Shown in pieces: positions 1 through 8,602 of a DNA stretch of 40,292 nucleotides (positions are counted from its first letter, which is position 1; each line of letters opens with the position of its first letter). Made by a program: the position numbers and the translations under genes. Under the pieces are notes generated by a model. That model was not told where the DNA came from. It ran no database searches and was given only the letters and a program-made list of their open reading frames with translations. Where the stretch lies: assembly GCA_021163965.1 (NCBI GenBank), contig JAGGTB010000025.1, positions 1 to 40,292 on the forward strand, read 5' to 3'. The stretch is from Hadesarchaea archaeon. Lineage in GTDB: Archaea > Hadarchaeota > Hadarchaeia > Hadarchaeales > JAGGTB01.

Positions 1-30
1 ATATTATATGTAGTATATAGTGGTGTATAA

Positions 31-234
31 GTGGCAACAACAATTCAAATTAAGTCCGAGACGCGAGAGATGCTCAGGGCTATCGGGGGAAAGGGCGAAA
101 CTTACGATGAGATTATCCGCGAACTTTTGAGCGTCTACGAAGCACGATTGGCAGAAATCGAGCGTCGATTCGAGGAACCAAAAGGCAAATACGTTTCTCA
201 CGAAGCGCTGAAGAAGAAGTGGGGAATCAAGTGA
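31..234 (+). CDS. putative ribbon-helix-helix/CopG-like antitoxin (GTG start)
   Basis: 67-aa ORF with IQIKSETREMLRAIGGKGETYDEIIRELL, typical of small archaeal RHH antitoxins. Its 3' end overlaps the downstream RelE/ParE-like ORF. An AT-rich TATA-like stretch lies at 1-30. Confidence 0.6.
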   Translation: MATTIQIKSETREMLRAIGGKGETYDEIIRELLSVYEARLAEIERRFEEPKGKYVSHEALKKKWGIK

Positions 235-509
235 GTATTCTCTACCATCCCGCTGCCGTGAGGGAACTCGAAAAATTATCGCGGGAAGTTAGAGCGAGGA
301 TTATTCAGGCCTTGGAAGAGCTGCATGAAACTGGGAGAGGAGATCTCAGGCACATCCGCCGCGGGGTTTGGTCTTTGAGGGTGGGAGATTATCGGGTCTA
401 CCTGAAGCGCACCGATGGAGACGTTTTGGTTGGCGGAGTAGATCACCGAAAGTATGCATATGTCCCGGAGCGTGTTCGGGCTCTCGGAAAGCGGCTCATT
501 GAAGGATAG
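219..509 (+). CDS. RelE/ParE family type II toxin
   Basis: 96-aa ORF. The LRVGDYRVYL...GGVDHRKYAY motif is characteristic of RelE/ParE toxins. It overlaps the antitoxin stop; the real start may be GTG at 231. Confidence 0.75.
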   Translation: MGNQVSILYHPAAVRELEKLSREVRARIIQALEELHETGRGDLRHIRRGVWSLRVGDYRVYLKRTDGDVLVGGVDHRKYAYVPERVRALGKRLIEG

Positions 510-678
510 AAAAGGGTTTCGGCCAAATATTTTTCGAACTGGTGGGATCGCCGATAAAATCCTTCCACTCTTCTTCGTGCCCGCGCCCTCTCTTTCTTAA
601 TTCTCTTCGCGCCTCATCGGATGTGATTTTTCCTTTTCTGAGTTTCTCCGCCAGATCTTTTACCGCGCCTTTTCCCAT
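496..678 (-). CDS. small hypothetical protein (SHOCT-like basic helix?)
   Basis: 60-aa ORF; KGKITSDEARRELRKRG loosely resembles SHOCT-type short C-terminal domains. There is no other support. Confidence 0.25.
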   Translation of the reverse strand: MGKGAVKDLAEKLRKGKITSDEARRELRKRGRGHEEEWKDFIGDPTSSKNIWPKPFSILQ

Positions 679-684
679 TCCACC

Positions 685-936
685 TCAGCTCCTCATCAAC
701 TTTTGTGGCGTGCTCTCTTGCTTAACTTTCCAACGGTCAAGGCGATTCCAATTATGATCAACCAAGCAATTATCAAAACAATCTCGATGAAAACGAACTG
801 GCCCACCCACGGAGGAGGGGGATACCTCCCAAATTGTGTCACTGAATATTTGAAAAATTATGGCGAGGAATATCCATACTCCGGAAATGATCATGATGGC
901 TTTGCCGACCATCAGCTTGGACATTTTGCTTTTCAT
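685..936 (-). CDS. hypothetical small membrane protein
   Basis: 83-aa ORF with one clear hydrophobic helix (GKAIMIISGVWIFLAIIFQIF). No family recognised. Confidence 0.3.
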   Translation of the reverse strand: MKSKMSKLMVGKAIMIISGVWIFLAIIFQIFSDTIWEVSPSSVGGPVRFHRDCFDNCLVDHNWNRLDRWKVKQESTPQKLMRS

Positions 937-1168
937 TATTCCCCCCCGTTGCGGTTAGGTTTGATTGAAGCGCGGATTACTCCTGAAACAGCCTTTTTTG
1001 CCCAGTATTGGGTATATCCAAAGGAAAATGGAAGCCACGAACGCCCCCAGAATAACCGCCACGGTCGTCCATCCCAAAGGCGTGAGCTTTCTCCGTTTCG
1101 GACTTTTCTCAAAGCTTCACCTCACTCGTGTTTGAAAAATTCTGACGTTTTGAAATGAAAGTGTTGGA

Positions 1169-1267
1169 TGGTGGGGCCGCCGAGATTTGAACTCGGGTCA
1201 CCAGCACCCCATTCCAGCGCTTTTTTCTGCGAAGCTGGGAGGCTAGACCAAGCTACCCCACGGCCCC
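1169..1267 (-). tRNA. intron-containing tRNA, most likely tRNA-Pro(GGG) with a 21-nt intron at a non-canonical position (about 1212-1232)
   Basis: The reverse complement folds as GGGGCCG/UG/GGGU..GCCU/CCAGC-[U|UCGCAGAAAAAAGCGCUGGAA|UGGGGU]-GCUGG/UGAC/CCGAG-UUCAAAU-CUCGG/CGGCCCC-A-CCA. The alternative reading, Ala(CGC) with a 37/38 intron, conflicts with G3:C70. CCA is encoded. Confidence 0.7.
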
Positions 1268-1418
1268 ATAACAAGTAAGAAGATTGATTACTTAATATGT
1301 TAAGCTTGAATGGGCGAGAGATTTCTGCCTTGATGGATGGCACAGAATACTTAGATTACCTCTAAGGCCCTCCAAAAGCTGCACGTAGTTGGCCAATCGC
1401 GTCGTCCAAAATCCCGCA

Positions 1419-2729
1419 CTATGTGGGCCTCGTGTAACCCCACTTCTCCATGGCCCTCTTCAGCTCCGGGTGCTCCTCCGCGTACTCGTCAAGAGATATC
1501 CCCTGAAGCGCCGCATCTATGGCTTGCCTAACCGCGCGAGCCCCGGCCTCCCCGCCGTCGGGGTGCCCCCACACACCGCCGCCGACCTGTATAATGATGT
1601 CTCTCCCGAGCATGTCCAGTATCTCCGGCACCAGACCTGGATGAAGCCCCCCGGAGCTGACCGGGAACACAGGTTTGATATCCCACCACTCCTGTGGGAG
1701 GATCCTTTCCCCGCCCTCGACCTTGGAACTCGTGATGGCCTCCTGAATGGAAAGCACCTCCCTGCGCGACGCCTCGAGCTTCCCTATAACAGTGCCAATA
1801 TGCAACTGGTCGACCCCCACCAAGCGAGCGATCTTCGCCACGACCAGCATCGACATCCCATGTTCCTTCTTCCTTGTGAAAGCCGCGTGGAAGGCCCTGT
1901 GAGCATGCACCGCGAGACCGAGATCCTCGCACGCGTCCCTAAGGGTCTGAACCCCCGCCCATCCGGCTGTGAGAATATCCACCATCACGTACTCCCCGCC
2001 AAGTTCCTTGATAAGCTCTGCGCGCCTGACCATCTCCTTTGCCTCTGCTGTCACGTTTATCATGTAGCTCTTGCGCTCTCCCGTCTCGCGCTCCGCTAAA
2101 TCTCGCATTTCGAAGGTCTTCCTAGCCCTTCGCTCGAACTGATTAAACCTCTGCCCCGTAAGGTTCTCGTCGTCCTTCAACAGGTCCAATCCCCCCTTCC
2201 ACGCCTCGTAGCCTGCCCTAGCGTGTTCCTCGCTACTCATTCCGACCTTAGGCTTCGGGACCGTCGCCGTCAGCGGCCTTTCTTTAACCCCAAAAATCTT
2301 CCTAACACCATCGATGCCAAACTGCGGCCCCGCAAAGGACTCCAACATCTCGCGCGGCCAGCGGACGTCCTCCAGCCTGAGGTTCCGAATGGCCTTCATC
2401 CCGAAGACGTTGCCCGCGATCGAGCTCAGTATCTGTGGCATGTTTCCGCCCTCGAAAAGCTCAACCGGATAGCCTATCTTCACCCACGGTCCTTCGATTT
2501 CGTACACCCTCGCCATGAGCCTCCGCTTCTCCTCCGACATCGTGGTCAAAGTGGTCCACGTACCAATGGAACTCTCGGATGCCACCCTCCCAGCAGCTTC
2601 CTCGATGCTAACACCCTCGGCTGGCTCAATTCTGAAAAGCGCTACGAGATCCTCATCGCTCGGCTCGTAGCCTCGATCCACGAAATCCGAGTACCACTGC
2701 TCCCCAACCATACTATCGCCAACAGGCAC
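1419..2729 (-). CDS. rbcL: ribulose-1,5-bisphosphate carboxylase/oxygenase, form III large subunit
   Basis: 436-aa ORF with GTWTTL, LLKDDENL and the GGG..GHP C-terminal region typical of archaeal type III RuBisCO. Confidence 0.95.
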   Translation of the reverse strand: MPVGDSMVGEQWYSDFVDRGYEPSDEDLVALFRIEPAEGVSIEEAAGRVASESSIGTWTTLTTMSEEKRRLMARVYEIEGPWVKIGYPVELFEGGNMPQILSSIAGNVFGMKAIRNLRLEDVRWPREMLESFAGPQFGIDGVRKIFGVKERPLTATVPKPKVGMSSEEHARAGYEAWKGGLDLLKDDENLTGQRFNQFERRARKTFEMRDLAERETGERKSYMINVTAEAKEMVRRAELIKELGGEYVMVDILTAGWAGVQTLRDACEDLGLAVHAHRAFHAAFTRKKEHGMSMLVVAKIARLVGVDQLHIGTVIGKLEASRREVLSIQEAITSSKVEGGERILPQEWWDIKPVFPVSSGGLHPGLVPEILDMLGRDIIIQVGGGVWGHPDGGEAGARAVRQAIDAALQGISLDEYAEEHPELKRAMEKWGYTRPT

Positions 2730-2754
2730 CTATAATGGTCGGCCCCCGCGGGGC

Positions 2755-2973
2755 TCATCGCTTGAACTTCATTATTTCTTCCGTGAAGTCCGTGCTCGTG
2801 AGCAACATGCGGCGACAGCAATAGCGCTCCACGCCCAAATCGTCCATCACGTCCTTGGGGTCCTCGCCCTTAGCCACGCGCTCCTTAAACTCAGCGTACT
2901 TATCGCCGAGCAACTTACCGCAGGTAAAACAACGAATTGGTTCTAGGATACTACCACGCCCCCTCAAGACCAC
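2755..2973 (-). CDS. rpoN: DNA-directed RNA polymerase subunit N (Rpo10)
   Basis: [12 protein letters not shown]...ERYCCRRML zinc motif, and the conserved position after S9. The true start is probably downstream of the GTG at 2973. Confidence 0.9.
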   Translation of the reverse strand: MVLRGRGSILEPIRCFTCGKLLGDKYAEFKERVAKGEDPKDVMDDLGVERYCCRRMLLTSTDFTEEIMKFKR

Positions 2974-3023
2974 TTAGCTACTGTCTCTCACGTTTTTCGC
3001 TAATAAAATTACTGTCTGATCCA

Positions 3024-3431
3024 TTATCTGTAACTCTTCTGATACTTCGCGCGCGCGCCAGGACCGCCGGGTTTCTTTGGCTCCTTCCTGCGCACATCGC
3101 TCTTTATCATGCTCCAGTCGTACCCCCTGAACTTCTCACGAACCTCTTCGCTTCCGGACCAATCCGCAAGAGCCCTCGCAATTGCCGTGCGAGCCGCATT
3201 TGCCTGGCCCATGAACCCCCCTCCGGACACCCTCACGTGAATGTCCACCTTCTTTGTCAACTCTGGAACGAGCATCAGGGATTCTTGGATGCGAAGACGA
3301 GCAATTTCAGGCTGATAAGCCTCAAGCGCGACCCCGTTCACGTATACCCTTCCCTCGCCGTCGCGCACTGTTGCCCTAGCGATAGCGGCTTTGTGCCTCC
3401 CCGAAGCTTGAACTATCTTCATTCCCGACAC
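3024..3431 (-). CDS. rps9: 30S ribosomal protein S9 (uS9)
   Basis: 135 aa, C-terminal ...GARAKYQKSYR. Synteny L13-S9-RpoN. Confidence 0.95.
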   Translation of the reverse strand: MSGMKIVQASGRHKAAIARATVRDGEGRVYVNGVALEAYQPEIARLRIQESLMLVPELTKKVDIHVRVSGGGFMGQANAARTAIARALADWSGSEEVREKFRGYDWSMIKSDVRRKEPKKPGGPGARAKYQKSYR

Positions 3432-3863
3432 CTAGAGCTTCACCCCAAAATGTTTGCTGAGTTCCTCAATTTTAACGAAGCGCTTCGCGGACAGACGATC
3501 GATGTGCGCCTCCGGTAATGAACACGCCTTCTCCTGAACATCCGGAGGCGCTCCCACATAGACCCTCAGGCGCTTGTAGGCCTCCCTCCCCTTGGGCTTA
3601 TCGTACGGGAGCATCCCGCGAACCGTCCGCCTGACGAGATCGTCCGGCCTCCTCGGATGAAAAGGTCCCTTTCTGGGATTCGTGAGGCTTCGTATCCTCA
3701 TTCTCGCATCGTATTCGTCGAAAATCTCCTTTCTTCGTCCTGTAACGACAGCTTTCTCCGCATTTATTATCGTGACCTCCTCTCCCGCGAGCAGACGCTT
3801 TGCCACGATGCTCGCCATCCTCCCGAGAATCAGATTGGTAGCGTCGATTAGCATTCCCATCAC
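3432..3863 (-). CDS. rpl13: 50S ribosomal protein L13 (uL13)
   Basis: 143 aa with IDATNLILGRMAS...VVTGRK; synteny. Confidence 0.95.
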   Translation of the reverse strand: MMGMLIDATNLILGRMASIVAKRLLAGEEVTIINAEKAVVTGRRKEIFDEYDARMRIRSLTNPRKGPFHPRRPDDLVRRTVRGMLPYDKPKGREAYKRLRVYVGAPPDVQEKACSLPEAHIDRLSAKRFVKIEELSKHFGVKL

Positions 3864-4276
3864 TCCATCAAAATGACGTTTTTCCCCCTCGGATTCATCT
3901 CGAGCAACTCGGAAATTGTGATTGCCTTTCCCCCAGCGGCGCGTATTTTCCGAGCCGCTGGAGCCGAGAACTTGAAAGCCGCAATAGTCAAGGGGCGATC
4001 GAGTTTCCCAGCCGCGAGGACCTTTCCGGGGATGACTACAGTGACGTCGTCACCCTGAGCATGCCGATTTATATGGCTGAGATTTACCTCCGCCCTCGCG
4101 CGCCTAGGTCTGAGGAGTCTCTCAGCTAATTCCAACCACAGCCTCGCCCCAGATCTCTTCCCCTTAGTCCGAAGCTTGCGCACGAGCCTCCGCAAGCTCG
4201 GGTTCGTTGGTCCTGTCGGCTTCGGCATTTCCAGCACCCATCGCATGGTTCTCCTATACTTAGAAGACTTAATCAA
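3860..4276 (-). CDS. rpl18e: 50S ribosomal protein L18e (eL18)
   Basis: PTGPTNPSLRRLVRKLR... motif; precedes L13. The start is probably the internal MPKPTG (about 4228). Confidence 0.9.
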   Translation of the reverse strand: MIKSSKYRRTMRWVLEMPKPTGPTNPSLRRLVRKLRTKGKRSGARLWLELAERLLRPRRARAEVNLSHINRHAQGDDVTVVIPGKVLAAGKLDRPLTIAAFKFSAPAARKIRAAGGKAITISELLEMNPRGKNVILME

Positions 4277-4361
4277 TTAAAAGAGATGGGGGAAACACTT
4301 TTCCTCACCAAAGGAGGCGACCGAAACCACATTTTAGACATCATCCCCTCGGGCGCCCTAT

Positions 4362-4383
4362 CTATGGTCTGGGAAACCGAACC
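4362..4383. repeat. possible degenerate third copy of the tRNA-Leu 3' end / att core
   Basis: ctatggt-c-tggga-aacc-gaacc shares three ordered blocks (ctatggt / tggga / gaacc) with the tRNA-Leu 3' end at 14348-14375. It lies where tRNA-Leu sits upstream of L18e in some other archaea. The similarity is weak. Confidence 0.25.
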
Positions 4384-4493
4384 TCGCCTCAAGCGATCCG
4401 AGGATTTCCCCTCCGCCACTGGGTGATGTGACTTATATTTAGTGCGATATACTTCAAGGCATAATAAATGGAGGAGATTCCCTGCCAGCAATT

Positions 4494-5471
4494 GTGACGG
4501 AGAACCTGACGAGAAAGTTCAATGAACTCGTGGCCGTGGATCACGTGAACCTAGAGATAAAAAGAGGAGAGCTCTTCGGCCTGCTCGGCCCGAACGGCGC
4601 GGGGAAAACTACCTTGATAAACATGCTCTGCACGATCCTGCCGCCGACCGAGGGCTCAGCCAAGATCTGGGGCCACGATGTGGTGAAGGAGCCAGACGAC
4701 GTGAGGAGATCGATCGGGGTGGTGTTCCAAGACCCAACGCTGGACGATCGCCTCACGGGGAGGGAAAATCTGGACTTTCACGCGCGGATGTACGGCATGC
4801 CCAAAGAGGTGAGGAGGCAAAGAGCTGACGAGCTATTGGAACTCGTGGGGCTCGAAAGGCAGGGGGATGACCTAGTTAGGACCTACTCGGGCGGGATGCG
4901 CCGCCGCTTGGAGATCGCGCGGGGGCTCATGCACCACCCCAAGGTCCTCTTCCTCGACGAACCCACGCTCGGGTTGGACCCCCAAACCAGGCGAGCCATC
5001 TGGGACTACATCCAGAAGCTCAACCGGAAGGAGGACATCACTATACTGCTCACCACCCACTACATGGAAGAGGCCGATTACCTCTGCGACCGTGTGGGCA
5101 TAATAGACGGTGGAAAAATCATTGCCCTAGACCGACCATCCAAACTCAAGGCGAGGCTAAAGGGGGACATTGTGACCCTAGAGGTGCCCAACCCGGAGAG
5201 ACTCGTCGGAACCCTGAGAGAAAGCGAACTTGTAAACAGGATAGAAGTAGTCAACGGCTTCCTCCACGTGGGGGTGAGAGACGGAGAGAGCGCCATCCCC
5301 AAGCTGGTCAGGTTGCTCGAGAGGAAAGGGGAGAAGGTGCAATCGGTGGGGCTCAGGAGGCCGACGCTGGAGGACGTATTTATAAGCTACACCGGGCGAA
5401 GGATCCGCGAGGAGGGAGAAGCCGGGGCGAAGGAAAGAATGCGCCTGAGGATGCGAGCGAGGAGGCGGTGA
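4494..5471 (+). CDS. ABC transporter ATP-binding protein (ABC-2/DrrA-like), GTG start
   Basis: Walker A GPNGAGKTT, signature YSGGMRRRL, Walker B LFLDEPT. Confidence 0.9.
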   Translation: MTENLTRKFNELVAVDHVNLEIKRGELFGLLGPNGAGKTTLINMLCTILPPTEGSAKIWGHDVVKEPDDVRRSIGVVFQDPTLDDRLTGRENLDFHARMYGMPKEVRRQRADELLELVGLERQGDDLVRTYSGGMRRRLEIARGLMHHPKVLFLDEPTLGLDPQTRRAIWDYIQKLNRKEDITILLTTHYMEEADYLCDRVGIIDGGKIIALDRPSKLKARLKGDIVTLEVPNPERLVGTLRESELVNRIEVVNGFLHVGVRDGESAIPKLVRLLERKGEKVQSVGLRRPTLEDVFISYTGRRIREEGEAGAKERMRLRMRARRR

Positions 5472-5472
5472 G

Positions 5473-6243
5473 GTGGAGGCCCAAGCGATCTACACCCTCT
5501 GGCTCCGAGACATAAAGTGGTTCGTGCGAGACAGGGTCAGGGTACTCGTCACGTTCGTCCAACCTTTCATGTGGCTGGGGCTGATAGGCTTCGGAATGTC
5601 GGGCATGTTCCCGGGAGGCAAAACCAACTTCGCCGGGATGCGGATAGATTTCCTGGACTTCATGGGCACGGGAATCCTTGGGATGACCCTGCTCTTCTCC
5701 GGGACCTTCGCGGGAATCGCCGTCCTCTGGGACAAACAGTTCGGGTTCATGAAAGAGATACTCGTCTCACCAGTCTCGAGACTTAGCGTCATGATCGGGA
5801 AGGTCCTCGGTGGCGCAACAGTAGCCATCCTCCAAGGACTTCTGATCCTTTGCGCTGCAGCTGCGATGGGGGTGACGCTACCGGAGCCCACCAGGATTCC
5901 CCTCACGATAGGATTCATGATAGTCATCGCCGTGGCGTTTGTAAGCGTGGGGCTCGCCTTCGCCTCCAGACTGTCAGATCCGCAAGCCTTTCCGCTCGTG
6001 ATGAACTTCTTCATCATGCCGCTCTTCTTCCTCTCCGGGGCGCTCTTCACCCTGGACACCGCCCCCGGCTGGCTCCAAGCCCTCGCGTACTTTAACCCAA
6101 TGACCTATGGGATAGATGGGCTGAGGTTCGCAATCCTAGGAGGATCCCTATTCCCAGTGTGGCTGGACTTCGGAGCGCTACTGGCGTTCGCGGTCGTCGC
6201 GGTCCTGCTAGGCGGGTATCTCTTCAGGAAGATGACGATCTAA
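5473..6243 (+). CDS. ABC-2 type transporter permease
   Basis: 256 aa with about 6 hydrophobic segments, abutting the ATPase gene (GTG start). Confidence 0.85.
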   Translation: MEAQAIYTLWLRDIKWFVRDRVRVLVTFVQPFMWLGLIGFGMSGMFPGGKTNFAGMRIDFLDFMGTGILGMTLLFSGTFAGIAVLWDKQFGFMKEILVSPVSRLSVMIGKVLGGATVAILQGLLILCAAAAMGVTLPEPTRIPLTIGFMIVIAVAFVSVGLAFASRLSDPQAFPLVMNFFIMPLFFLSGALFTLDTAPGWLQALAYFNPMTYGIDGLRFAILGGSLFPVWLDFGALLAFAVVAVLLGGYLFRKMTI

Positions 6244-6495
6244 GTCGTGGCGTTATCGGTAAAGAAACCTTCCAGAGGCTAGAAGCTAGGCAAAGTTGGG
6301 ATTTCTGAATTGAAGACATCCCCGAAGAGAGAAGATCCTCATTCTGACTCTGACACGGAGCCAAACACGCGTTCGACCAGCTATAAGCTTTTTTTCCTTC
6401 GCTCGAAAGTGAAGAGTGATACGGCAACCTCAATGCTTAACTGTATGGTGGTCCTTATCTTAAAACAAAAAGCCAAAACTCTGGGGAGAGAGACC

Positions 6496-8602
6496 GTGAA
6501 GCTCGAAACCTTCCTCAAACCAGAATCGATCGCCGTTATAGGAGCAAGCCGAAACCCTGAGAAGGTGGGCTACAAAATATTCCGAAACCTTGTGGAGTCT
6601 GGCTATGAGGGCAAATTATATCCTGTTAACCCGAAGGCTGAGGAGTTGCTGGGAAGAAAATGCTACGGAAGTGTAACGGACATTCAGGAACCCGTCGAAC
6701 TAGCGGTAATCGCCGTCCCCGCAAAGATCGTTCCTGCAGTGGCCGAGGAATGCGGGAAGAAAGGTGTGAAGGGACTAGTAGTCATATCAGCTGGCTTCAG
6801 CGAGACTGGTAGGGAGGGAGCAAAGCTCGAAAGACACCTCGCTTCCATATGCCGAGAGTATGGGATGCGGCTGCAAGGGCCCAATTGCCTCGGAATTATA
6901 AACACGTGCAGTCACATGAACGCCTCCTTCGCCTCCGCGAACCCAAAGCCCGGGAAAATAGCTTTCATATCCCAGAGCGGGGCTCTCGGAAGCGCGATCC
7001 TGAATTGGGCTAACCAGAAAGATGTAGGCTTCGCTAGCTTCGTCAGCTTGGGAAATGAGGCGGACCTAACCGCAGCGGACTTCATCGAAGCTCTGGCGGA
7101 TGACGAAGAAACGAGGGTTATAGGGCTTTATTTAGAAGGCGTGGAGGATGGGGAGCGCTTCGTAGAGGTAGCTAAGAAGGTAACGAAAAAGAAACCCATA
7201 ATAGCGCTGAAGGCGGGAACAACCGACGTCGGCATGAAAGCGGTCTCCTCGCATACCGGTTCTTTAGCTGGCTCAGACACGGCCTTCTCGGTGGCCTTCA
7301 AGAAAGCCGGCATCATCCGAGCTTACACCTTAGAGGAACTCTTCAACTTCGTCTTGGCCTTCGAGAACCAACCAATACCGAAGGGGAAAAACGTCTTGAT
7401 AATAACCAATGGAGGTGGACCCGGAATCTTGGCCGCCGACGCATGCGAAAAACTAGATCTCGAACTTCCACTTCTAGAACGTAATCTCATAGAAGAGCTT
7501 GAGAGCTCCCTGCCCCCACAAGCAAGACTTCATAATCCATTGGATGTGCTGGGCGACGCGGATGAAAACCGATACAGTATGGCCCTAGATGCAGGGTTGA
7601 AGAGCAAGGAGATCGATGCCCTAATGACTATTGTAACTCCCCAAGCCATGACGCCAGTCGATAAGATTGCCGAAGTCATCGTCGACGCCCGAAAGAGATC
7701 CTCAGAAAAGCCGATTCTCACGGTCTTCATGGGTCTTAATGACGATTCCAGACCGATCCAAACCCTAAGGGAAAACAACATGCCGAACTATCATTTTCCC
7801 GAGAATGCGGCCTCCGTGCTGAGGGCCATGTACGACTACAGTTCAACACTCAAGCTTAAGCCCGAAGAACCCCCCGAAATGTCGGACGTCAACGACGAAT
7901 TCGTCGAGGAAGTACTCGCGAATGCGCGAAGACAGGGGAGGGTCAACCTAACAATCGATGAATCCATAGGAATAGCAAGGGCCTACGGCATCCCGACTCC
8001 AAGATACGGCATAGCTAGAAGCCACAGGGAAGCCGGGCGGATAGCTGATGTCATTGGATATCCCGTCGCTATGAAGGTGGTTTCCCCCGAGATACTTCAC
8101 AAGATGGATGTGGGGGGCGTTGTGCTCAACCTTAGGAATCGACAAGACGTTGAGATGAACTATGACAGAATAGTCAAGAGGATACAGATGTCTATGCCCG
8201 AAGCTGCAATTTCAGGGGTTTTAATACAGCAGATGGCGCCGCCCGGAAAGGAGGTTATCGTGGGGGCTGTTAGAGATCCACAATTCGGCCCGCTCATTAT
8301 GTTCGGCCTCGGGGGGAATCTACGTTAACTTCCTAAGGGACGTTTCCTACAGGCTGTGCCCCGTGACGAGAGCCGAAGCGGAGAGAATGATCGAAGAAAC
8401 TAAAGCGTACACGTTACTTAGAGGGGTAAGAGGTGAACCTCCATCCGATATCGAATCAATCGTAGATGTGATCCTGAGGATCTCCCAAATCATGACCCGT
8501 TTCAGGGAGATATCTGAGATGGAAATCAACCCACTATGCGTATATGAGAAAGGGAAAGGGTGCCTTGCATTAGACATAAGAATAACCATTTCAAATGGAT
8601 GA
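6496..8602 (+). pseudogene. acd: ADP-forming acetyl/acyl-CoA synthetase (fused alpha+beta, NDP-forming ACD), interrupted by a 1-nt frameshift in a G6 run (8311-8316)
   Basis: ESIAVIGASRNPEKVGY...LYPVNPK CoA-binding N-terminus and an ATP-grasp C-terminus. ORF 6310-8328 ends ..FGLGGNLR*, and the +1 frame continues GGIYVNFLRDVSYRLCPVTRAEAERMI into ORF 8363-8602. The likely start is GTG 6496. Confidence 0.8.

Noticed and set aside
703-1158. 151-aa plus-strand ORF next to tRNA-Pro.
   Set aside because: There are no motifs, the composition is odd, and it overlaps the minus-strand membrane ORF. It is probably spurious, although the interval as a whole remains poorly explained.
4277-4493. Intact tRNA or integrase remnant upstream of L18e.
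   Set aside because: Only a 22-nt patchy resemblance to the tRNA-Leu 3' end is present. There is no cloverleaf and no integrase-like frame.
6310-6495. 62-codon N-terminal extension of the ACD ORF (MKTSPKREDPHSDS...).
   Set aside because: The extension is low-complexity and not ACD-like. The conserved N-terminus (KLETFLKPESIAVIGAS) begins at GTG 6496, preceded by a purine-rich RBS.
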